Below, piece after piece: positions 1 through 6,717 of a DNA stretch of 44,707 nucleotides. The translations under genes were made by a program, and so were the position numbers. Under the pieces are notes generated by a model. That model made no database searches. It was not told where the DNA came from and saw only the letters and a list, made by a program, of their open reading frames with translations. The stretch is from a virus. Its lineage: Duplodnaviria; Caudoviricetes. Within the stretch, counting starts at the first letter, position 1; every line of letters begins with the position of its first letter. The stretch covers positions 1 through 44,707 of the IMG/VR virus record IMGVR_UViG_3300046719_000020. One strand, 5' to 3'.

Positions 1-127
1 CGCAAAGAACTACGGACGGGAAAAAAACATCATGGCAGAAGTGATTTTAAACCGCTATGACAACCGATTACCAAATTGCAGCACTCACATTACCACCAAC
101 CTGGGAGCTGAGGAAATCGCCACGCAA
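1..127. repeat. 127-bp terminal direct repeat (identical to 44581-44707); circular assembly overlap
   Basis: Exact identity of first and last 127 nt; an ORF reads in frame across the junction. Confidence 0.97.
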
Positions 128-211
128 TACGGTTCACGGGTCATGGACAGGCTCCGTGAGTTGATGAACATTATCGAGTTTAATCCGAAAGCGAAAAGCA
201 GAAGGGGTTGA
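1..211 (+). CDS. DnaC/IstB-like helicase loader ATPase, C-terminal part (continues from 44000)
   Basis: Frame from base 2 reads AKNYGREKNIMAEVILNRYD..THITTNL..YGSRVMDRLRELMNIIEF..KSRRG*, TGA at 209-211; not in ORF track. Confidence 0.9.
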   Translation, partial: AKNYGREKNIMAEVILNRYDNRLPNCSTHITTNLGAEEIATQYGSRVMDRLRELMNIIEFNPKAKSRRG

Positions 212-256
212 CGCTACCGAAGAAGAGATACAGTCTTACATTAACAGCTTACCAAT

Positions 257-496
257 ATGAACGTACCTGAAGAACTAAAATTTAAATTCAACCGAAACAA
301 GCCGTCTATGCTTGATGAGGATGAACTGAACGCTTTAAAATCAGTTGGTATACTTGCTGAAAACTGGTTCGCGATATGTGTCAATAAAAATGCTATGCCT
401 TTAGCTATTTTCAAGGATGAGAAAGACGCCATTAAATTCGCGTCTCCTGATCATGTGGTTGAGCCGTGGCCGATGATCATCCGAGATTATAGATAG
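257..496 (+). CDS. hypothetical protein
   Basis: ORF in co-oriented small-gene array. Confidence 0.7.
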   Translation: MNVPEELKFKFNRNKPSMLDEDELNALKSVGILAENWFAICVNKNAMPLAIFKDEKDAIKFASPDHVVEPWPMIIRDYR

Positions 497-520
497 ATTT
501 TACATTAACACTTTTCCGAT

Positions 521-793
521 ATGAAACCACAATTTTTCTACTCAAGAGACGATAAATCCTCTACTCAGCAACTTGAGGACATGTTTCGGCGTCAGGGCAT
601 TTATTTTATTGAACACATCGAATCGCAAAGGTGGCTCGTAGAATTAACAGGGATGGGACCAGTGACAACGAATGACCCAAACGCATGCATGAGATTCAAT
701 ACCTTTGGTGACGCGCTTACGTTCAGGGTGAAGAATCCAGGACTATGGCAAAAGAGATATCAAATAACCGAGCATGAATTTCCAAAAGCATGA
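521..793 (+). CDS. hypothetical protein
   Basis: ORF in co-oriented small-gene array. Confidence 0.7.
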   Translation: MKPQFFYSRDDKSSTQQLEDMFRRQGIYFIEHIESQRWLVELTGMGPVTTNDPNACMRFNTFGDALTFRVKNPGLWQKRYQITEHEFPKA

Positions 794-836
794 CCATCTT
801 TTTCCAGTTCAACGAGATCAAATTAACTTCAAAAAC

Positions 837-1133
837 ATGACACCAGAAGAAAAGAAAGTAATCGAAAAAATATCCAAGCAATTCGCAAAGGGATTCAAAA
901 AGGATATTGGTGGAATCGGAGGCAGCAGTTGGTTAATCGTAGATCCACTTTCCGGGTATTTGAATTTTGTCGGTCATGAAAACGAATTGAAGCAAATGCC
1001 GGAATGCGAAAAACATCCGCTAGTTTTGATAATGATTTTCAAAGACGGGACTCAATTTATTCCTGCCGGTGGTGACTTAAAAACGTTAAGCTCCCAATTT
1101 TATAACTGGATGTGGATCGACCCCATAAACTAG
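837..1133 (+). CDS. hypothetical protein
   Basis: Start moved to ATG 837 (AAAAAC-ATG context) within track ORF 774..1133. Confidence 0.65.
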   Translation: MTPEEKKVIEKISKQFAKGFKKDIGGIGGSSWLIVDPLSGYLNFVGHENELKQMPECEKHPLVLIMIFKDGTQFIPAGGDLKTLSSQFYNWMWIDPIN

Positions 1134-1189
1134 CCAGGGGATAAGGACCAGCTTATTGAGATTTTGAAAAGCGTTTAAACTAAAAAACT

Positions 1190-1474
1190 ATGGCAACCAC
1201 GATTTCGGACCGGCCTGTAAAAATCAGAAAGCCGCATTCATGCTTCTCCTGCAAACAAAAATTTGCTGCCGGAACGATCATGCGAAAATGGGTAGGCACT
1301 TACGAGGGTGATTTTGGTCAGGTTTATTATTGCGCCACATGTGAGCAGATTATGCATCTATGTCCCTGTGATCCTGGCGAAGGATGGCCGGAAGAATTCA
1401 CAATCGGATTCTATCGCGAAGGAATCGACACCCCGGAGAAAGTTCTTGAAATGATTAAAGCAAAAACACATTGA
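1190..1474 (+). CDS. small Zn-finger-like phage protein
   Basis: RKPHSCFSC and YCATC CxxC pairs. Confidence 0.75.
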   Translation: MATTISDRPVKIRKPHSCFSCKQKFAAGTIMRKWVGTYEGDFGQVYYCATCEQIMHLCPCDPGEGWPEEFTIGFYREGIDTPEKVLEMIKAKTH

Positions 1475-1503
1475 GATTTTGAAAATGATTTAAAACTGAA
1501 AAT

Positions 1504-1680
1504 ATGAAATATAGGGATTGCTACAAAACAGCCTATGCCGAAAATCAAACTGGCCCCATAATCCAGCTTTTGCAATTGCTTCGGATAGTGCACGATGGAG
1601 ACATTGTGAATAAATCAGATAGAGATTGGCTTTTCTCTATCGATCTGTGTACACGTGCAGGAATGGATCAATGTGAATGA
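1504..1680 (+). CDS. hypothetical protein (58 aa)
   Basis: MKYRDCYKTAYAENQTGPIIQLL..; A-rich start; below track cut-off. Confidence 0.5.
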   Translation: MKYRDCYKTAYAENQTGPIIQLLQLLRIVHDGDIVNKSDRDWLFSIDLCTRAGMDQCE

Positions 1681-1831
1681 TTTGCTTCCTAAACCAGGAC
1701 AGAAAGTTAGAGTTATGTTGGAAAATGGATCTACTATGATCACTAGAATAATAATCATTCCTGAACTGAATAAATTTGAATGGAATGACGAGGATGAAAA
1801 AATTACACATTGGCAAACATTATCTTTATGA
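1655..1831 (+). CDS. DUF551-like small protein
   Basis: GTG start; EWINVNDLLP...ITHWQTL signature; ATGA overlap with next gene; not in track. Confidence 0.7.
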   Translation: MQEWINVNDLLPKPGQKVRVMLENGSTMITRIIIIPELNKFEWNDEDEKITHWQTLSL

Positions 1832-2097
1832 AAATACCACAACAAGAAATAGAAAACCAAATCGATATAGAGAGGCGTAAACCAGAATATGACCGCATTA
1901 ATTTTTATGATGACGGTGCAAATGGGGCTTTCGATGATGGGTTCGAGCACGGATTTAAAGCCGCAATTGAATGGATAGGACTTGAAATCGATATTGAGGA
2001 AAAAGAAGAGGAGTCCGCGCCAACTAGCAATGTCTTTCAGGTCATCGGCGATGCATATGCTGCGGGACTCCCAAGTGATTCACGAATACTACATTAA
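1828..2097 (+). CDS. hypothetical protein
   Basis: ATG 1828 coupled to upstream stop; acidic protein. Confidence 0.65.
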   Translation: MKIPQQEIENQIDIERRKPEYDRINFYDDGANGAFDDGFEHGFKAAIEWIGLEIDIEEKEEESAPTSNVFQVIGDAYAAGLPSDSRILH

Positions 2098-2109
2098 AAC
2101 TATAAAAGC

Positions 2110-2472
2110 ATGAGTTTTTACGACGCAACAATCAAAGCTATAAAATCTGTGGACGAAGGAAATTTTATACCATGTCAGGGCTTTTTCTCAATATCAAAAT
2201 TAGACTGGCAGGCATACCCCGGAAATGATGGATACATCGAATATAGTTCATCCACAATTATAGAAGGATATCACGTCTACCGATATCCTGATGGCTATCC
2301 TGGCGGGGTGTTTTGGTTCACATACGGAGATTCATCAGAAGAATCCTGCAAGTCTATTGAGGATGGCATGAATAAATGTCAGGCCATTTTTGAGCTTTAT
2401 GTCAAGACATTGCTTAATCCAAAACTGGACATGGAGATTCCTGTCGACAAACTTCGAAAAGCAAAATATTGA
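2110..2472 (+). CDS. hypothetical protein
   Basis: ORF with A-rich start. Confidence 0.7.
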   Translation: MSFYDATIKAIKSVDEGNFIPCQGFFSISKLDWQAYPGNDGYIEYSSSTIIEGYHVYRYPDGYPGGVFWFTYGDSSEESCKSIEDGMNKCQAIFELYVKTLLNPKLDMEIPVDKLRKAKY

Positions 2473-2509
2473 CCAATTATATCAATTTTATCTTAAACAA
2501 CTGAAAAGC

Positions 2510-2626
2510 ATGAAAGAAATGATCTACACCCAAAGCCAAGTAGACTTTTTTGTCGTATTTAGTTTTATCGGAGGGCTTCTGATTGGCGGCCTTATCTTCT
2601 GGGACTACAAACGGAATTACAAATGA
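2510..2626 (+). CDS. small single-TM membrane protein
   Basis: MKEMIYTQSQVDFFVVFSFIGGLLIGGLIFWDYKRNYK; coupled to next gene. Confidence 0.6.
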   Translation: MKEMIYTQSQVDFFVVFSFIGGLLIGGLIFWDYKRNYK

Positions 2627-3189
2627 AGCCCACCTACTACATAATCGGAGCCCTGGTCCTATGGATCATCTTCCGGGAATGCGTTTCTACACCGAAACCC
2701 CTTCCGCCATCGATCCAAGCCAACAAGGATAGCATTTTACTAAAAAATGACCGTGTCGCCGCACTGGATAAGGCAGGACAAGCGATAGTCCAAAAGATAG
2801 CCCAAGACAGCATCCGACATTTCGAGGCCTTAAAACGCTCAGAATCGCGTGTGGAGGGATTGACTAAAAGCTTGGCGGCGGCGGTAAGGCGGCGGCCCGA
2901 GATAAGAATTGATACGGTTTTCATCTTAATGGATTCGGTCATCAAAGAACAATCGACGCAAATAACCCTTTTGACCCATGATCGCGACACCATACGCATA
3001 AACTATACAAGGCTTTTGCGTATAAAGGAATCGGAACTGCGGATCAAAGACGAGATCTTCGCCCACATGGAGGCCATCAATCAGGAACTTTTTAAGAGTT
3101 TGAACAAGGAAAGACGAAAGGGGAAGGTTTGGAAGGTAGCCGTGCCGGTGGCGCTCGTGGCTGGTTTCATTTTAGGGGAAGAATTATGA
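2623..3189 (+). CDS. envelope protein with N-terminal signal/Cys, coiled coil and C-terminal hydrophobic segment (spanin candidate)
   Basis: MKPTYYIIGALVLWIIFREC; helical middle; VWKVAVPVALVAGFILG tail. Confidence 0.6.
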   Translation: MKPTYYIIGALVLWIIFRECVSTPKPLPPSIQANKDSILLKNDRVAALDKAGQAIVQKIAQDSIRHFEALKRSESRVEGLTKSLAAAVRRRPEIRIDTVFILMDSVIKEQSTQITLLTHDRDTIRINYTRLLRIKESELRIKDEIFAHMEAINQELFKSLNKERRKGKVWKVAVPVALVAGFILGEEL

Positions 3190-3626
3190 TGGTAAATCGA
3201 GAACTTGCGATCGCGGACCCTCACATTCAAAAAGATATGTGGGCTACTCCGGGCTGTATTTTCAGTCCGTTGGACCAGGAATTTCAATTCACGCTTGACC
3301 CATGCTGCACCATTGAAACTCGGAAATGCGATCGCTACTTTACGCCAGAAGAAAACGGACTCATTCAATCTTGGGCAGGGGAATCAGTTTTCGTTAACCC
3401 GCCCTATAGCCGTGGCAACATCGACAAATGGATGGCTAAATGCTGCGAAGAGGCCAAAACAGCAAAAGTAATTGTTGCCCTCATTCCGGTATCGACGTCT
3501 GCCAGGTGGTTTCATAATTACGTTTGGGGTAAGGCTGAGTTGGTTTTTTATCAAGGAAGGATCCGATTCATAGGTGCCCCCCACACTGCCCCATTTAGTT
3601 CAATGCTAGCAATTTACAGACAATGA
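3186..3626 (+). CDS. phage DNA N6-adenine methyltransferase (T1/HP1 Dam-like)
   Basis: WATP, FTLDPC, VFVNPPYS motifs; start ATG 3186/3189 coupled to upstream stop. Confidence 0.9.
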   Translation: MMVNRELAIADPHIQKDMWATPGCIFSPLDQEFQFTLDPCCTIETRKCDRYFTPEENGLIQSWAGESVFVNPPYSRGNIDKWMAKCCEEAKTAKVIVALIPVSTSARWFHNYVWGKAELVFYQGRIRFIGAPHTAPFSSMLAIYRQ

Positions 3627-3859
3627 CCAAATATTTTAAAAGAGGCCTGAGAGAGTTCTATTCGGTGAGCCCGGAGAAGGTCACTAAAATAGAAAATAGA
3701 AAATATGGCTCCTACGTCACGATTATGACCCGTACAGAGGGAAGTGTTGTGAATGCCAACTTTTTGGAGACTGATGCTTTGGAAGGCCAGGAGATAAGCC
3801 GCGAGGAGTTCGCCGAACAGTTTAAAGTTGCGAGTAGGTTGATAGTGATGGAGCCATGA
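3623..3859 (+). CDS. hypothetical protein
   Basis: ATGA overlaps at both ends. Confidence 0.7.
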   Translation: MTKYFKRGLREFYSVSPEKVTKIENRKYGSYVTIMTRTEGSVVNANFLETDALEGQEISREEFAEQFKVASRLIVMEP

Positions 3860-4459
3860 GGGTACTGGTAGCTTGTGAAGAGAAGTCAAGCGGTTACGAA
3901 AGAGTTTCGGGCCCGCGGACATGAAGCATTCAGTTGCGATATACAATCATGCTCCGGAGGGCATCCGGAATGGCACCTACAGTGCGACGTTTTCGAGGTA
4001 TTAAAAGATCATTGGGATATGCTTATCGGATTTCCGCCATGCACATACATATCCTCAGCTGGGTTGCATTGGTGTAAAAAAGATCCAACCAGATCTGCGA
4101 AGAGAGATGCAGGAGCGGCATTTTTTAAAGCATTATGGGAACAACCCATTCATAAAATATGCCTTGAAAACCCCGTCGGATTCATGAATACGAACTTTCG
4201 GAAGCCTTCACAGATCATCCAACCATACTATTTCGGTGACGGTCATTTGAAAACAACTTGCCTTTGGTTGAAGAATTTGCCCCGATTAAATGGCAATTTG
4301 GATGTAGCCATGAATCCGCGGGCCCACCGACCTCAACCATTGTCCATTGATTCAACCGGCAAAAAAAGATACTTTGTGGACGCCTTCAATCGGTCAAGCT
4401 TGGATAGATCAAAAACCTTTCCGGGGATCGCCGCTGCCATGGCGGCCACTTGGGGCTAA
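3856..4459 (+). pseudogene. phage C5-cytosine methyltransferase-like gene with a 1-nt frameshift after codon 9
   Basis: ATG 3856 gives MRVLVACEE, then an extra A (3883/3884), then SQAVTKEFRARGHEAFSCD..FPPCTY..ENPV..KTTCLW..RSKTFPGIAAAMA in the next frame. Confidence 0.75.
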
Positions 4460-4493
4460 AACATTTCCCCGGAATCCCGGTTATAATTCCAAA

Positions 4494-4526
4494 TTTGGCC
4501 TTTTTACGCAAATTTACGTATATTGC
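4494..4526 (+). promoter_or_regulatory. possible Bacteroidota sigma-A promoter
   Basis: TTTG(4494-97)-N21-TATATTGC(4519-26), imperfect match to TTTG-N19-21-TAnnTTTG. Confidence 0.4.
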
Positions 4527-4589
4527 AATTAAGTACTACGGCTAGCGTTGCCGAGACAAAGCCGAAGGGATGTAAGGCCCCAGAATTCT

Positions 4590-4618
4590 AAACGCCGCGC
4601 CTGATCTCGCGGCGTTTT
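4590..4618. terminator. likely bidirectional intrinsic terminator between the convergent arms
   Basis: AAACGCCGCG-cctgatct-CGCGGCGTTT 10-bp stem, just past the stop of the last minus-strand gene. Confidence 0.8.
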
Positions 4619-4621
4619 CAT

Positions 4622-4798
4622 TTACCACCAAAATATGCCTCCCCAAATCAGAATAAATATTAGCAGTGCAAGCACGCAGGCCATTTTCCGGAACGGAATA
4701 TTAGGGCCCCACATGCTGTGATTGTCTTCTCTCCAAAGACTACCAAAAAGTAATGGCCCGGCGATTATTGCGAATAGAATCCACGTCCAGTGTATCAT
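4622..4798 (-). CDS. small 2-TM membrane protein (holin-like candidate)
   Basis: MIHWTWILFAIIAGPLLFG..MACVLALLIFILIWGGIFWW*, 58 aa, ATGA overlap with endolysin stop; not in track. Confidence 0.7.
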   Translation of the reverse strand: MIHWTWILFAIIAGPLLFGSLWREDNHSMWGPNIPFRKMACVLALLIFILIWGGIFWW

Positions 4799-5211
4799 GG
4801 TTTCTTAATTATTTCGAGTTCAAAAACGTCTGGCATATTCGCCGCCATCCAGGCCAGCTTTACGGTCGATTCCAGGCCCTCAGGATGATCCGAATTCGTG
4901 AACCGAGAGCAAGCCAAGAGGCACCCCTTGCTGTCGGCAGGCTCGTTCCCACGATGAATTAGGATGTTGTTTCGCCCCTCCACGTGATCGAATCGGAAGT
5001 AGGTGTATGGCCTATCGGCTTTTGGTGGGTTCTTCCGGACGATGTACGGCTTTCCTACAGGCGATTCAGGGATACATGAGACGTTGTGCTCGTTGTTGAG
5101 CCATGGCCTTTCCAGGATCTTCGCTATCACCTGGTCGCCATCGTAAAGGCTCGAGAGCGTACGGTCGGCGAGGTACACACGCTCCATTCTATATCTTTTC
5201 ATTGTCGTCAT
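4795..5211 (-). CDS. DUF5675-family protein, putative L,D-peptidase-type endolysin
   Basis: LERPW..N..SCIPE..Y..VEGRNNILIHRGN..DSKGCLL with His/Cys pair; in a cluster of membrane genes. Confidence 0.8.
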   Translation of the reverse strand: MTTMKRYRMERVYLADRTLSSLYDGDQVIAKILERPWLNNEHNVSCIPESPVGKPYIVRKNPPKADRPYTYFRFDHVEGRNNILIHRGNEPADSKGCLLACSRFTNSDHPEGLESTVKLAWMAANMPDVFELEIIKKP

Positions 5212-5620
5212 GCTGTTTGTGATCGTATTCCCTTAAAATGTTCCTCCAGGTCTCAAGCAGAGTAGCGATTTTGTGATAAACTAGCGTCGCCTCTTGTTCC
5301 TTAGTATCATTCAATTTTCCGATAATCTCCAATGTATCCCAATCCTTGGCTTCGTACTTTTCCCGCAATGAGGCTATGTTGTTGTTGAGGGCCAATACGA
5401 CTAAGCTGGCTAATCCTTGCGCCGAGGCTCCTTCCGCTGCTGGACCATAGTGATTCAGTCTGTAAATCAAATCTTCCCATTCCTTCCGCTCGCGCTCCTT
5501 GTCTTTCTTCTTTATCAAAGCAACTGATTTCCTCACGTATCGGAGGAATATCAAAATCACCGGCAATAACAGCAATAGTGTTAAAAGTGATCCAGTCAAC
5601 AATATTAGCCAAGCGTTCAC
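5189..5620 (-). CDS. single N-terminal TM plus helical domain (lysis accessory?)
   Basis: Long Leu-rich N-terminal segment followed by basic patch. Confidence 0.7.
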   Translation of the reverse strand: MNAWLILLTGSLLTLLLLLPVILIFLRYVRKSVALIKKKDKERERKEWEDLIYRLNHYGPAAEGASAQGLASLVVLALNNNIASLREKYEAKDWDTLEIIGKLNDTKEQEATLVYHKIATLLETWRNILREYDHKQHDDNEKI

Positions 5621-6024
5621 CTATTCTCATATTTTAGATTTCGTCGGTTCAAGATAATGTTTACGCCCGCAGCGATGGTCACGACAAAGACCCTTATCGA
5701 AGTCATGTCTATGCCTGGTATAAAGTCGGTTCCATAACGGGTTAGAAAGTTGACCATTGCCGCAATCTCCATGAAAAACAGAATTTGAAATGTTATCCTG
5801 TGTCTCTTGGTTTTTTCTGCGAACTCAGAAACAGTCAAAACGTATAGCATTTTCGATGCATACACAACCGCAAAGTATGCGTATGATCTTAAGGTTAATT
5901 GTTGATCGGAGAAAGGGAAAAATGAAATCAATCGTCCTTCTGTATCTTCTGGTGTCACATAATATACCAATGATACGCCTATACAAGACCAAAGCATTAT
6001 CCATTTACTATCTCCTTCCGTCAT
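5617..6024 (-). CDS. multi-TM membrane protein
   Basis: About four hydrophobic segments. Confidence 0.75.
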   Translation of the reverse strand: MTEGDSKWIMLWSCIGVSLVYYVTPEDTEGRLISFFPFSDQQLTLRSYAYFAVVYASKMLYVLTVSEFAEKTKRHRITFQILFFMEIAAMVNFLTRYGTDFIPGIDMTSIRVFVVTIAAGVNIILNRRNLKYENR

Positions 6025-6125
6025 TGGTGAGGCGGTTTTGGCGGTGGGCTACCTGGGTTTTCTCCGTCCAATGGTTTAACTACTGGTTCTTTAGGCTTCG
6101 GTGCCTTTGTTTTCTTCTTTGCCAT
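6021..6125 (-). CDS. 34-aa Lys/Pro-rich peptide
   Basis: MAKKKTKAPKPKEPVVKPLDGENPGSPPPKPPHQ*; fills the gap exactly, ATGA overlap. Confidence 0.65.
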   Translation of the reverse strand: MAKKKTKAPKPKEPVVKPLDGENPGSPPPKPPHQ

Positions 6126-6127
6126 GA

Positions 6128-6466
6128 TTATGTTTTTTTATGTAATGAAATTCCTAAAAAAGATCCCGTAACTGCTGTCATGAAGGCCACAACCCCCATG
6201 GGCCCGGCATCGAACATCTGGAACAGAACGAAGATCATCAAAAGATTGAATGTTCCTCCTCCGGAAAACAATCCCAATATCAGAAATACTACATTCTTCC
6301 CGTCTGTCCAGTGCGTTATTTTATCGCCATTCTGAACTGATTCCTTAACGTCTGCCCTCAGTTCTGGAAATTGAACCATGCACCAACAAACGAAAGTTGC
6401 AAAGGCGACGGCTACAATGTCTATTGCTACCGTGGCGATCACAACTACTATTTGATAGGTGTTCAT
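6128..6466 (-). CDS. 3-TM membrane protein, holin candidate
   Basis: Three hydrophobic segments, basic C-terminus HKKT, lysis region. Confidence 0.65.
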   Translation of the reverse strand: MNTYQIVVVIATVAIDIVAVAFATFVCWCMVQFPELRADVKESVQNGDKITHWTDGKNVVFLILGLFSGGGTFNLLMIFVLFQMFDAGPMGVVAFMTAVTGSFLGISLHKKT

Positions 6467-6711
6467 GTAGGGTAAATCTGTTTTATAAATTCCCCGTTCT
6501 CAGTCACCTCATTGATCACAACATCATATGGCGGCCGTGGCGATAAAATTCCCTGCAACTGATTCAGGGTCAACTCAGAATCGTCTCCCCGTTTCACGTC
6601 GTATTCTCCTGGATTGTCGGGGAGTCTTTTCATAACTTTATCTCCCGACGCATCATCTAAGACCGGCGCCGCCCATTGGCGAAGATTGAATGTTGCTTTA
6701 AAGTATCTCAT
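6463..6711 (-). CDS. hypothetical protein
   Basis: Coupled ORF in late operon. Confidence 0.7.
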   Translation of the reverse strand: MRYFKATFNLRQWAAPVLDDASGDKVMKRLPDNPGEYDVKRGDDSELTLNQLQGILSPRPPYDVVINEVTENGEFIKQIYPT

Positions 6712-6717
6712 TTATTT

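Noticed and set aside
236-2112. Repeats as CRISPR array or DGR template/variable repeats
   Set aside because: Short, irregularly spaced by whole genes; no cas or reverse transcriptase gene
3875-4459. Track ORF with GTG start as an intact gene
   Set aside because: Lacks the N-terminal motif, which lies in another frame from the coupled ATG at 3856
5307-5630. Nested alternative-frame ORF as an Rz1-like o-spanin
   Set aside because: No lipobox Cys after a hydrophobic signal
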